Shown: positions 24,835-37,749 of the stretch, piece after piece
How the letters are laid out: every line of letters starts with the position of its first letter
Numbering within the stretch: the first letter of the stretch is position 1
Source of the DNA: Malacoraja senta
Lineage: Eukaryota
NCBI GenBank assembly: GCA_038087875.1
Contig: CM075995.1
Location: forward strand, 1,180,001-1,244,000
Direction of reading: 5' to 3'
Length of the DNA stretch: 64,000 nucleotides
Program-made: the position numbers and the translations under genes
The notes under the pieces: generated by a model
Told to the model about the DNA's origin: nothing
The model's database searches: none
What the model saw: only the letters and a program-made list of their open reading frames with translations

Positions 24835-25540
24835 ATAGAACCCAGTACAGCATGGAAACAGGCTCTTCGGCCCACAAGGTCTGTGCCGAATATCATGCCA
24901 TGTTAAAAAAATCTCACTTGCCTGAAATGAGTCATATCCCTCCATTCTCTGGATACCCATGTGGCTATGTAAAAAAAAAAAAATCCTCTTAAATTACACT
25001 AACATCTCTGCTTCCACCACCACCCCTGGCAGAATGTTCCAGGCACCCACCGCCCTTTGCCCTCTCACCTTAAAGTTATGCCCTCTAGACCTTGATATTT
25101 CCACTATGGGGGGAAAAGGTTCTGACTGTTCCCTTCATCTCATAATTTTATATACTTCTATCAGGTCTCAACATCTGGCATTCCAGAGTAAACATTTCAA
25201 GTCTATCCAACCTCTCCTTACAACTAATACCTTCTAATCCAGGCATAATTCTGATAAACCTCTACTGCACCTTCTCTAAAGTCTCCATATCCTTCCTGTT
25301 ATAAGACCACCACAACTGCATGTGGTGCTTGAAATGAGGCCTAACCAAAATTTGTATAAAGCTGAATCATGACTTCCTGATTCTTTTACTCAGTCCTTAC
25401 CAATGAAGGAAAGCATACCATACACCTTTACCACTCTCATCTACTTGTGTCCCCACTTTCAGGGAGCTATTGACTTGGACCCCAGGTTCCCCCTGTGCAT
25501 CAATGGACTTGCCATTAATTGTACATGTTCCCCCTTAATG
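24835..25540 (-). mobile_element. Degraded CR1 3' fragment
   Basis: GGAAACAGGCTCTTCGGCCCAC tail and degenerate CR1 body. Confidence 0.7.
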
Positions 25541-25589
25541 CATGGTTTGATTAGAAAAGAAGATGAATAGAGTTATGGAAATTGAGGAT

Positions 25590-26853
25590 TTAAACCTCCA
25601 AAATGAACTAGAACTACTTTATTGAAATAGGCACAAAGTTAATGGAATTTTACGAGTTTATCTTTTGAGCTTGTTCATAGTTAGTCTGACCAGAGGCAAT
25701 ACCAGACCTAATTGTGAGCAATGTTGCTGGGGCAGATTGTTAGAGTGCCAGTGGATTATCTTTTCAGAGATAGTAATCATAATGCTATGTTCCAAAATGG
25801 TGATTAAAAGATAATGGTTTTCAGGAACTTAAAGTCCCAGGAGGGGGGTGGGGGGGGTTTGTTAGGTTAATTTCAATGTCATACAACAGGGCCTAGCAGA
25901 AGTAGACTGGGAACAGTCACTTGAAGGTACATCTACCACCAACATATGGGAAGCAGTTTAACATGAAATACTCTTGAGTTGAAGTTTGATATGTTCCCAT
26001 GAGGGTGAAAGGGTAAGAGTCCAGTGACCTTGAAATACCATCGGCTGGTATGATGATTGAAAATCCCAGAGAATTTTACAAGTGTATTAAGGGCAAGAGT
26101 GTATTCGGGGAAGGAGAAGCGTCCATTCATGACCAAAGAGTCAATCTACCTGGAGCCTAAGGATTAAGTGAAGTCTTCAATTAATATTTCTCATTTGTAT
26201 TAATTAAGGACAAGGACATTGTAGCTAGAGAATTTGGGAAGGGCAATGGTTAAATTCCAGAATATTTTATCTTTAAAAATGAGGTATTAAATGTCTTAAC
26301 AGACTTAAAGGTGGATATATCCCCAGGGCCTGATATCATATATCCCAGGCTTAACAACTTGGGACATATCTAAGAGACAAGGGAGCAGATTGATGGGGTC
26401 ATGGCCACATGAAAGATGGAGTGTGCACAATGACTGGTAGTCCCTTAGGGAGGATAAAGGAACAGGGAGACCCTGTTATCCTGTTATCTCTGTCCCAATT
26501 ACCTCTGAAGTTGACAGTATAGATGGGAAAGATGGTGAAAAAGCATACGGGAAATATGCCTCGGAATATATGAGCAAGGAGGTTATGGTACAGCTGCCTA
26601 AAACATTGGTTAGGCCAAAGTTGTTCTGGTCTCCACCCTGCAGAATACAGAAAAGATTCACCAGAGTGTTGCCCGATGTTCTCGGTAAAGTCAGTAAGGA
26701 AAGACTGGATAGGCAAAGTTTGTTTTCCCCGGAGTGGAGGAGGTTAAGCTATGCAAAATTTGAAGTCATGGGCTGGGTTGTTTGTTGGAAATGTTTTTGC
26801 ATTACAGAGGTGTCTAAAACTAAAGGCATCCTTTTTGTGTAAAGAGAAAGAAG
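25590..26853 (+). mobile_element. Heavily degraded CR1 ORF2 remnants
   Basis: SKEVMVQLPKTLVRPKLFWSP...QKRFTRVLP in ORF 26570-26842; GTGGATATATCCCCAGGGCCTGAT (SPGPD-like). Confidence 0.7.
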
Positions 26854-29340
26854 TTTATCCCTAAGAGATACTCTTCTAATAATATGAGACGTCTACTCAA
26901 CATAATGCACTCACACAAATCTGAAGATCAAGAATTATCAATTATTTCGCTGGATGCTGAAAAAGCATTTGATCAAGTAGAATGGAATTATATGGATAAA
27001 GTATTACAAAAATTTCAACTGGGAGAGAATTTTATTTTATGGATTAAGTTACTATATAACAAACCTACAGCTAGAATACTAACTAATAACATATTATCCT
27101 CGAAATTTCAACTATCAAGGGGAAATAGACAAGGATGCTCATTATCACCACAGCTGTTTGCTCTCATTATTGAACCGCTAGCAGAAAAAATTAGAATACA
27201 CCCTGATATTCATGGATATAATACTAAAGACTCATATAATAAAATATCTTTATACGCGGATGATATATTACTGTATATAACAAAACCTCAAATCACTATA
27301 CCAAATATATTAAATTTAATTGAAGACTTTGGATCTTTTTCTGGATATAGAATAAATTGGAATAAAAGTGAAATTATGTCAATAAAACCGAAAGATTCAA
27401 CACATCTTTTAAAATTCCCTTTTAAAATAGCTACAGAAAAATTTAAATATTTGGGAATCGAAATTACCAGAACATATCAAGGTATGTTCAGGGCAAATTT
27501 TGACCCCCTACTTAATAAATTAAATACACTAATTAAATTCTGGAAAACGCTCCCGATGTCTTTAATAGGCTGAATAAACGCAATAAAAATGATCTTTTTA
27601 CCACAAATTTTATACCTATTTCAATCAATTCCTATATACTTACCTAAGAAGTTTTTAAAAAAACGACTCAGATATCACTAATTTTATATGGGACTATAAA
27701 TCACATAGAATACAAAAAACTCATCTGAATAAACCTAAAGTATTGGGGGGTTTAGCACTACCTAATTTTATGTATTATTGGTCAGTAAATATTAAAAACA
27801 TGATTCAACTGATGGATAACTCCGCCCAGCAAGTAGACTGGATTGTAATGGAGAAAGAGGATTGCTCCTCTAGAAACATTGGAGCGATCCTCCTCTCTCC
27901 AATGAAACTGAATAACATAAATTATAATAAGAACCCAATTATTCATAGTACAATCCGTATTTGGAAACAAATAAAACAAAATTTAAAATTAAGAAATTTA
28001 TCACTTTTATTACCTATAGTCAATAACCCTTTGTTTAGTCCTTCTATTATAGATAAAGCTTATACACAATGGGATAGACTAGGAATTAAAACGCTTGGTG
28101 ACTTGTATGAAACTGGAAAATTACTTTCATTTCAACAATTACAAATAAAATATAAACTCGGAAATAATCAATATTTTAAATATTTTCAAATATGCGACTA
28201 TTTGAAAAAATATACAAAAGATCATTATAATAACCCAGTAGATGTATTGGACGAGGCAATGCAGATAAAAGCGGAATCAGCAAACTTAATATCATATTTG
28301 TATAATATTATTTTAAATGTACAAATACCACCTACGGAGGGTATCAGAAAAGACTGGGAACAAGAGTTAGCTATTAAAATTTCAAAGGAAAGTTGGAATG
28401 AATACTTATTAAATGTGCATAAATGCTCGATTAATGTAAGACACACTTTAATACAATTTAAAATTTTACATAGATTATATTATTCGAAAACTAAAATTCA
28501 TAAAATTTTCCCAAACGTATCATCTATTTGTGATAAATGTCAATCCCAAGAAGCTACTATAGCGCACTCATTCGTCTTCTGTACAAAAATTCAAAAATTT
28601 TGGAATGAAATTTTTGAAATCTTTACAAAGTTATTTAAAACAAGACTGATACCCAAAGCAGAATGGATTATCTTCGGAATAACGGAAGATGATCCAGAAC
28701 TAAATGTGTTTCAAAAGAAATTAATGGACTATGGGTTAATAACTGGAAAAAAGCTAATTCTAAAATTTTGGAAGAAGGCTCCAATACCAACTATAAATAT
28801 GTGGATTTCAAATATGTTTGAAACACTACACCTAGAAGAGATAAGACTCCTCCTAGCAGGTAAACCAGATCACTTCCACCTGACGTGGTCTGCATTTATA
28901 GAATTATTACAAACATAGGGTGCAAAAGTACTTTAAAAAAAATAAAAAATGGAGATCGGGTAAGGGGGGGATGATAGTTGAAGAGTTGGTATGTCCTATT
29001 TACGTAATGCTCAAAAAAATATTTGTTTTTCTTTTTTTTTTTTTTTTTTTTCCACTTTTTCTCTTTTTTTTTCCGCCTATTTCTTAACTCTTTTTCTTTT
29101 GTTTTTAATTTCGCTCTTATAGGGTCTTCGTCCTTCTTTGTTGTTACATTTTCTACACTTTTCTACACTTTCACTTTTTCCTTCACTTCTTTCTTTCAAT
29201 CTTTTCCTTTTCTAGTGTAAAAAAATAAATAAAGGGAGTACATTAATTGTAAGAAGATACAAATGATGAGTATTAATGTATGTGGTTGTAATGTAAAGTA
29301 CTTCTAATAAATAAAAATTAAAAAAAAAAAAAAAAAAAAA
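26854..29340 (+). mobile_element. L1-clade LINE, 5'-truncated, ORF2 RT plus C-terminal Cys-rich domain, poly(A) tail
   Basis: SLDAEKAFDQVEW, RGNRQGCSLSP, LYADD, GGLALPN, CDKC-x-H-x-C. One stop (27571) and a frameshift near 27660. T-rich 3'UTR, AATAAA, A-run 29320-29340. Confidence 0.93.
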
Positions 29341-29377
29341 GAAATAGGTAACGTTTCGGGCCGAAACCCTTCTTCTT
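29341..29377 (-). mobile_element. Penelope terminal fragment with partial hammerhead-like core
   Basis: Reverse complement GAAGAAGGGTTTCGGCCCGAAACGTTACCTATTTC matches 63554-63588. Confidence 0.75.
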
Positions 29378-30004
29378 TGTAGCTAGCACGCATGTTCCTT
29401 TCTGATTCTACATTTAATTTCTTGAACATCAGTCTTTGATTTGCCATGCTCCATTGAAGGTTATGAACTTCATGCTTCCTCGCTTGCCCACTAATTTCAC
29501 TGAATTTCGGGTGTTTTGTTTCATAGTGCCACCTGATGTTAAACTCCTCGTTGACACTAACACATGCGTGGCAGATAAAGCATGTGGGCATACCGAACTG
29601 CTCTGTAAAGAAGTACTTTTCTGTCCAAGTGTCTTGGAAGACTCAGCATCCACCTTCCTGCGTTTTGTAGCTATTGGAGAGAAAGAGTCGCTTTCCGCCA
29701 CTGCCAATCGAAGTTTTGCCGCGCTCACTGTCTGCTGTTTTGCCGCGCTCACTGTTCTAGATCCACCTTTTGCCCTGTTTATGGGATTACATCAGTTCTG
29801 ATTTCTTTGTATCAGCAAACAGGATTGCTAGGAATGGAAAAAATATATGCCTGCTGGCCGGAATGGTTCCAGGGAGCTCTGAGCAAAAAAAAAAAACCGA
29901 CTGCAGGCCGGATGCTTGCGGAAAAAACAAAACACGCCTTTGGGCCGGATTATTTTGAGTTACGGGCCGCATCCGGCACATGGGCCGTAGGTTGCCGACC
30001 CCTG
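29378..30004 (-). mobile_element. hAT (Charlie/Buster, SPIN/OC1-like) DNA transposon, 5' end with frameshifted transposase N-terminus
   Basis: Minus-strand start CAGGGGTCGGCAACC. Peptides KRRKVDAE / FQDTWTEKYFF / PTCFICHACVSVNEEFNIRWHYETKH form a BED-like zinc finger typical of this group. Confidence 0.85.
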
Positions 30005-30009
30005 CCTTA

Positions 30010-30490
30010 GATTGTGATTCTTCCCCACAGAGCCTTTGCATTGCATCCTTCAGCATGTATTCCTGCAGCATCGAATGCCACAGTCGGCAGTATTCACTGT
30101 CGGACATCTCATTGCACTGGAAAACCAACAAATTTTAGACGATCCAAAGTGCATCTTTCACCGTATTGATGATCCTCCAGCAGCAGTTGATGTGTGTCTT
30201 AGTTTGTGTCCATGGGGAAAGTCCATGGATCATAGATAGAGTCCTCTGGTTACGCAGCTGTTGGGGATGAGCCTCGGCAAAGACCCTTGCATCCTTTTAC
30301 CAGGCATTTTTGGCATCTCAGCTGCACAGTAGCCATCACACGGTTAGTGTGCCTTGGGAATGAGACTCCTACCACACATTCTGACAATGAGGCAATCCAC
30401 TTTGACAGCTTGCTGGGAAACCATCCTATAGAATCTATTGTGTTCTTCTCTCGCAGGTCTGCAGGGCATTCCATGCAGCCCACATGGTCA
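30010..30490 (-). mobile_element. Tx1-like LINE ORF2 C-terminal fragment
   Basis: LVFQCNEMSDSEYCRLWHSMLQEYMLKDA; homologous to 1-270. Confidence 0.65.
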
Positions 30491-31178
30491 ACGCTGGACA
30501 CAAAATGCTGCAGCAACTCAGGGAGGTCAGGCAGCATCTGTGGGGAACATGGATAAGTGATGTTTTAAGGCAGAACACCTCTTCAGACTGATTGCAGGGG
30601 GACGGGTAAGAAAGCTGGGAGAGAGAAGGGGCACGACATAGAAGCATAGAAAATAGGTGCAGGAGTAGGCCATTCGTCCTTTCGAGCCAGCACCGCCATT
30701 CAATATAATCATGGCTGATCATCCAAAATCAGTACCCCGTTCGTGCTTTCTCCCCATATCCTTTGATTCTGTTAGCCCTAAGAGCTACCTATATTACTAA
30801 AAGTCTGATCTTGACCACTTCCTGTTGTTCTGTATATTGATTTTAGAAAGAACGCTGCCACTTATGGCTGTGATTTTTGGCCATCTTACTCAGAGTCCCA
30901 CTCCGCTGCCCAGGACAAGAGGATTTTTCCCATCGATGAAAAATAAAAGAGTTATTAGTGTTTAAAAAATGTTCAGATTCTCTCTCCTGAAGGCCACGCC
31001 CCTTCCGGAGGGAATATAAAACCCGGAAGTGTTGAGTGCCTCAATCAGTCTCTGCAAGATGGGGGAGCGAGAGGGTCACGTCTCTCAGTCTGAACTGTGA
31101 ATAACACTGAACACATGTCTACTAAACTGTGAGTGGTTTTACTGACCTGTCAGTGCCCTTAATGTGGTTTGAAAATAT

Positions 31179-31733
31179 AGTTTGGAAATGCTAAAGCTGT
31201 GTTGCCTTTGGTTTGGAAATGCTAAAGCTGTGTTGCCTTTGGTTTGGAAATGCTAAAGCTGTGTTGCCTTTGGTTTGGAAATGTTTCGCTGTGTTGCCTT
31301 TGGTTTGGAAATGCTGAAGCTGTGTTGCCTTTGGTTTGGAAATGCTAAAGCTGTGTTGCCTTTGGTTTGGAAATGCTAACGCTGTGTTGCCTTTGGTTTG
31401 GAAATGCTAAAGCTGTGTTGCCTTTGGTTTGGAAATGCTAAAGCTGTGTTGCCTTTGGTTTGGAAATGTTAAAGCTGTGTTGCCTTTGGTTTGGAAATGC
31501 TAAAGCTGTGTTGCCTTTGGTTTGGAAATGCTAAAGCTGTGTTCCCTTTGGTTTGGAAATGCTAAAGCTGTGTTCCCTTTGGTTTGGAAATGCTAAAGCT
31601 GTGTTGCCTTTGGTTTGGAAATGCTAAAGCTGTGTTGCCTTTGGTTTGGAAATGCTAAAGCTGTGTTGCCTTTGGTTTGGAAATGCTAAAGCTGTGTTGC
31701 CTTTGGTTTGGAAATCCTAAAGCTGTGTTGCCT
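31179..31733 (+). repeat. 31-bp minisatellite, about 18 copies
   Basis: Unit TTGGTTTGGAAATGCTAAAGCTGTGTTGCCT, near-identical, no spacers. Confidence 0.97.
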
Positions 31734-31847
31734 AATTAAAGTTGCCTTGCCTAATTAAAGTTGCCTTGCCTAATTAAAGTTGCCTTGCCCAATTAAAGTT
31801 GCCTTGCCCAATTAAAGTTGCCTTGCCCAATTAAAGTTGCCTTGCCT
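31734..31847 (+). repeat. 19-bp minisatellite, 6 copies
   Basis: Unit AATTAAAGTTGCCTTGCC(T/C). Confidence 0.95.
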
Positions 31848-33154
31848 TCTATATAATTAAAAGTCTAATCTTGACCACTTCCTGTTTGCGCTTTATATTG
31901 ATTTTAGAAAAAAACGCTACCACATACGACTGTGATTTTTGGCAATCTTACTCAGAGTCCCCCTCCGCTCATCAGGTGCCGAGGATTTTTCCCATCGATG
32001 AAAAATAAGAGTTATTAGTGTTTAAAAAATGTTGAGGTTCACTCTCCTGTCAATCACACCATGATGGCCACGCCCCTTCTGATGGGAGGAGGGAGGGACT
32101 ATAAAACCCAGAAGTATGGGCGTGGCTCAGTCTCTGCAAGATGGAGGAGGGAGAGGTCACGACTCGCTGTCTTTAGTGGCCTTGCACCATGCTTGAAATG
32201 GTATGAAACTGCACTTGAATTTGGTGGCCTTGCACCCTGCTTGAAATGGAATTTCAAGGAATAGCCGTGAGTCAACTGCCAGCCCACTAGCCGTGAGTGA
32301 GTGAGCTGCCAGCACAACAAGCTTGAGTGACTGAGCCGCCAGCTCAAGAATCCATTTGACCCACAATGTCCATACTAACACTCTGGAAACCAGTCCCTTC
32401 AGCCCACAACACCCATACTAGCGCTCTAGAAAGCAGTCCCCCCCCCCGGCCACCAATATTGGAATTGGTGGAGAGGTGGAATATTGCGTTGGGGGACCAG
32501 CCCTCCCGTGTGATGCTGGGACCCAATGGGTCCCACTTAGTCTAGTATCTAACTCTTTCTTGAAAACATCCAGTGAATTGGCCTCCACTGCCTTCTGTGG
32601 CAGAGAATTCCACAGATTCACAACTGTTTGGGTGAAAAGATTTTTCCTCATCGCAGTCCTAAATGGCTTACCCCTTATTCTTCATGGAGAGAGCTTGGCC
32701 AGTATTAAGTGAACACAGATGCAGGTAGGTGGGACTGGTGTAACACAGGCAAATAAGATGAGTGTAACGCAGGCAAGTGTTGTTGATTAGTAGGACTGGA
32801 TGTTACTTCACCACAACTGACACCCGGTATTCTTGGGGGTGACCACTAGGTGATTTTGCTACCAATCACACATCTTCAGTTGTGTACCTCAACATCACTG
32901 GGTGTTTCGGCCTTTTATCACAAGACACCCTCAGTCGAGGCAGGCCCACCGCAGGGTGATCAGCCCTGGGTGTGTGTCTTATGGTTAGCCTCTAGATGGT
33001 CACGTGGCAGCCCAGACAGCATCTTTTCTCTTCAGCCACAGCCAGTGACTGCTCCATTCTGCTTTTTTCCTTCCATCTTCCTTTCTACCGCTGACTGTGG
33101 CAGGTTGGGCTCTGGACTCGTGTCCGTTGGTGGGACAGTACTTGGTTGAGCTTC

Positions 33155-36096
33155 ATAGAAACATAGAAACATAGAAAATAGGTGCATGAGGAGGCCATTT
33201 GGCCCTTCGAGCCAGCACCGCCATTCCTTGTGATCATGGCTGATCGTCCCCTATCAATAACCCGTGCGTGCCTTCTCCCCATATCCCTTGACTCCACTAG
33301 CTCCTAGAGCTCTATCTAACTCTCTCTTAAATCCATCCAGTGACTTGGCCTCCACTGCCCTCTGTGGCAGGGAATTCCATAAATTCACAACTCTGGGTGA
33401 AAACGTTTTTTCTCACCTCAGTCTTAAATGACCTCTCCTTTATTCTAAGACTGTGGCCCCTGATTCTGGACTCGCCCAACATTGGGAACATTTTTCCTGC
33501 ATCTAGCTTGTCCAGTCCTTTTATAATTTTATATGTTTCTATAAGATACCCCCTCATCCTTCTAAACTCCAGTGAATACAAGCCTAGTCTTTTCAATCTT
33601 TCCTCATCTGACAGTCCCGCCATCCCAGGGATCAATCTCGTGAACCTACGCTGCACTGCTTCAATCACAAGGATGTCCTTCCTCAAATTAGGAGACCAAA
33701 ACTGTACACAATACTCCAGATGTGGTCTCACCAGAGCCCTATACAACTGCAGAAGAACCTCTTTACTCCTATACTGAAATCCTCTTGTTATGAAGGCCAA
33801 CATTCCATTAGCTTTCTTCACTGCCTGCCGTACCTGTAAGCCAACTTTCAGTGACCGGTACAAGGACGCCCAGGTCTCTCTGCACCTTCCCCTTACCTAA
33901 CCTAACCCCATTGAGATAATAATCTTCCCCCTTGTTTTTGCCGCCAAAGTGGATAACCTCACATTTATCTATATTATACTGCATCTGCCACGCATCTGCC
34001 CACTCACTCAACCTGTCCAGGTCACCCTGCAACCTCCTAACATCCTCTTCACAGCTCACACTGCCATCCAGCTTTGTGTCATCCGCAAACTTGCTAGTGT
34101 TGTTCCTAATTCCCTCTTCCAAATCATTAATATATATGGTAAACAGTTGCGGCCCCACCACTGAGCCTTGCGGCACTCCACTCGCCACTACCTGCCATTC
34201 TGAAAAGGACCCGTTCACTCCTACTCTTTGCTTCCGGTCTGCCAACCAATTTTCTATCCATGTCAACACCCTACCCCCAATACCATGTGCTCTAATTTTA
34301 GTCACCACTCCTGTGCGGGACCTTATCAAATGCTTTCTGAAAGTCTAGATACACGACATCCACTGGCACCCCTTCATCCATTTTACTTGTCAAATCCTGA
34401 AAAAATTCAAGAAGATTAGTCAAGCATGATTTCCCTTTCATAAATCCATGTTGACGGACTAATCCTTATGCTGCTATCCAAATGCCCCATTATTACCTCT
34501 TTAATAATTGACTCCAGCATCTTTCCCACCACCGAAGTCAGGCTAACTGGTCTGTAATTCCCCGTTTTCTCTCTCGCTTCTTTCTTGAAAAGTGGGATAA
34601 CATTAGCTATACTCCAATCCACAGGAACTGATCCTGAATCTATTGAACATTGGAAAATGACCACCAATGCGTCCACTATTTCTAGCCACCTCCCTGAGGA
34701 CCGTGGGATGCAGACCATCAGGTCCAGGGGATTTATCATCTTTCAGTCCCATTAGCCTACCCAATACTATTTCTCGCCTAATGAAAATTTCTTTCAGTTC
34801 CTCTACCCCCTTAGATCCTCTGTCCTCCAGTACATCTGGGAGATTGTTTGTGTCTTCCTTAGTGAAGACAGATCCGAAGTACCTATTCAACTCTTCTGCC
34901 ATTTCCTTGTTGCCCATAATAATTTCACCCGTGTCTGCCTTCAAGGGACCCACATTTGACTTTGCTACTCTTTTTCCCTTAACCTATCTAAAGAAGCTTT
35001 TACTGTCCTTTATATTCCTGGCCAGCTTCCATTCGTACTTCATCTTTTCAGCCCGTATTGCCCGTTTTGTTCCCTTCTGTTGTCCTATGAAAGTTTCCCA
35101 ATCCTCTGGCTTCCAGCTACTCTTTGCTGTGTTATACATCTTTTCTTTTAGTTTTATTCTATCCCTACCTTCTCTTGTCAGCCACGGTTGCCTCCTACTC
35201 CCCTTAGAATCTTTCTTCCTTTTTGGAATGAAATGATCCTGCGTCTTCCGGATTATGCCCAGAAATTCCTTCCATTGCTGTTCCACCGTCATTCCTGCTA
35301 GGATCCCTTTCCAGTCTACCTTGGCCAGCTCCCCTCTCATGCCTTCATAGTCCCCTTTGTTCAACTGCATCACTGACACTTCCGATTTAACGTTCTCCTT
35401 CTCAAATTGCAGATTAAAACTAATCATATTATGATCACTACCTCCGAGCGGTTCCTTTACCTCGAGTTCTCTTATCATATCTGGTTCATTGGACAACACT
35501 AAATCCAGAATTGCCTTTTCTCTGGTCGGCTCCATTACAAGCTGCTCTAAGAATCCATCTCGGAGGCATTCTACAAACTCTCTTTCTTGGGGTCCTGAAC
35601 CAACCTGATTTTCCCAGTCTACCTGCATATTGAAATCTCCCATCACCACAGTGGCATTACCTTTGTTACATGCCAGTTTTAACTCCTGCTGCAACGTACA
35701 CCCTACATCCTGGCTACTATTTGGGGGTCTGTAGATAACACCAATCAGTGTCTCTTGCCTTTACAATTCCTCAACTCAATCCACAGTGACTCTACCTCGT
35801 CAGTCCCTGTCTTCCCTCGCAAGGGACTGAATTCCATCCCTCACCAGCACAGCTACCCCCCCTCCTCTGCCCACCTGCCTGTCCTTTCTATAGGATGTAT
35901 AACCGTGAATATTAAGTTCCCAGGCCCGATCCTCCTGCAGCCACGTCTCAGTAATCCCCACAATGTCATATCTACCAACCTCTAACTGAGCCTCAAGCTC
36001 ATCTACTTTACTTTACTCATTTACTTCTTATACTTCGCGCATTCATATACAATACTTTTAATTCTTTACGCATCTCACCTTTCACATCGATCCCAA
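33155..36096 (-). mobile_element. CR1 LINE, essentially complete but disrupted ORF2
   Basis: Minus-strand ORFs with MGDFN, SDHN, NYRPVSLTS, GVPQGSV, KFADD, LVRPHLEYCVQFWSP; (TTCTATGT)n tail near 33155. Confidence 0.95.
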
Positions 36097-36380
36097 TTAC
36101 ACTGGGGTGCTGATACCCTGTGGACTGTGGTGGTTAACCTGCCACTGGGCTTCACTCGACTGATTTGGCCTACCTCTTAGAAGGTAATGGTCAATGCGAG
36201 GCCCCACACCAACCTCTCCCAGGCACTTTTCCCTGCCCTGGTGGATCTTGAGACCCTTCTCTGATGTTATCTTTTCCCAGCCACAGATGCAGCTTCGTAG
36301 CTTATGTCCTACCGGGGCTGCTGCTCTGTCAATTGCTGTGCTAGTTCTCTTATTCATAGTTGATTCCTTCCGTAGCAATA
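36097..36380 (-). mobile_element. R2/Hero-like retrotransposon N-terminal zinc-finger fragment
   Basis: CICGWEKITSEKGLKIHQGREKC fits the CxCG...GLKIHQ...C finger I recall from Hero-type elements. Confidence 0.65.
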
Positions 36381-37749
36381 AGACTAGTGTAGATGGGACA
36401 TGTTGGTCGGTGAGGGCATTATGCCTAAGAACCTGTTTCCACGCTGTATGACAGACGAGGGGGTTATTTGATGGGCAGATTGTTGGACAAAGGCTAGAGA
36501 TGAAGAGGCAAATGTGAACCTGAGAGGATAAAGAGTTATAAAATACATGGCTGTGATAGTGGGTCCAGTCGTAGAGTGGTCAAAGCTCTTTTTATACAGC
36601 AACATTTTACGAAGGATAGTTAGTGCGGTAAAGATAGACACAAAGTGCTGGAGTAATTCAACGGATCAGGCAGCATCTCTGGCGAAAACGGATGGATAAT
36701 GGTTTAAGTCAGGACCATTATTCAGACTCCTTCAGACAGTGTGGCAAGGTCCAACTGAATGGAATATCGTGCAGCACCAAGGGCAGTCCCATCCTTTGCA
36801 ATAATGGGAACAAATAGATCTTTAGCGTTCGTGTTTGCAGACTTCAAATGTATGCACAACCTAATGGAGCCTCATACAAAGGTGGCTATTAGAATGAGGA
36901 TATTGTTATGCACATCTCTATCCCCATTCTCTGGAGACTTGTACAACCAGACTCAGCAGATTCAGTTGCTGTATCTTTTCATACCTCTAGTTTCCCTCTC
37001 CCCTGACTCTCAGTCTGAAGAAGGATCTCGACCTGAAACGGCACCTATTCAGAAATGCTACCTGACCCGCTGTTACTCCAGTATTTTGTGTCTAGGTTCA
37101 GTCCATCCTGATCTCCAGATGAAACTGAAGGTGGCTTGGGTGACTGCGGGAGCAGGGTATGGTCCACACCTGTCTCACATACCATCCCAATGCTGAGACA
37201 ATGTTGCAGTCCTGATGACAAGGTTCTTACCTGCCCTCCAAGGAAAATGCTGTTTCCTGGTCCCAATTTTTTGTTTTACCTTGGCTATCTGCTCCAGTCA
37301 ATTCTTGTCACATGCTCCAGCCCTTCAGAACCAGATCCCCAGCAACTTCAATTGGTCAGACATGACAGTGAAGGGAACAGAGGATTAGTCAAACATTTGC
37401 CAAAGAAAATGGCCTTGCTGTTCCTGTAATTGACTCTGGTCCCCCAAAGCCGGCTCAAACTGGTCGCAAATGCTGATAAATCTGCGGACTGACTGTGAAT
37501 ACAAGCAGAAGACTGTTCCCAGTGTGGAACAGCTGAAAAGATGTTTTTGCTTCAGAAATGTGTCACCTAGTATGGGCAGTTCCAGAGGGCCTGTCTGTAA
37601 CTTGCACACCATATCTGAGGCGGCGAGTGAAACTAATATGGAGGTTCTTGGACAGTCATTTTTGGGGTAGAGGTGCTTGAAGGGGTGAGTGAGTTGATAT
37701 TTGGGAACTGATATAATATTTTCACCATTTAGTCTTCAGTCAAATGGAC

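Larger units (their letters stand above)
30788..32545 (+). mobile_element. Non-autonomous Helitron with duplicated 5' end, inserted in a CR1 tail
   Basis: Inserted at GAGCTA|TATCTAAC of a minus-strand CR1 tail (30637-30787 and 32546-32680), no TSD. Ends with perfect hairpin GGGACCCAATGGGTCCC (32518-32534) then CTAG. 5' module at 30788 (starts CC) is repeated at 31848 (starts TC). Confidence 0.88.

Noticed and set aside
31179..31847. CRISPR-like array of ~31-bp repeats
   Set aside because: Units are directly adjacent with no unique spacers, there are no cas genes and the context is eukaryotic; it is a minisatellite.
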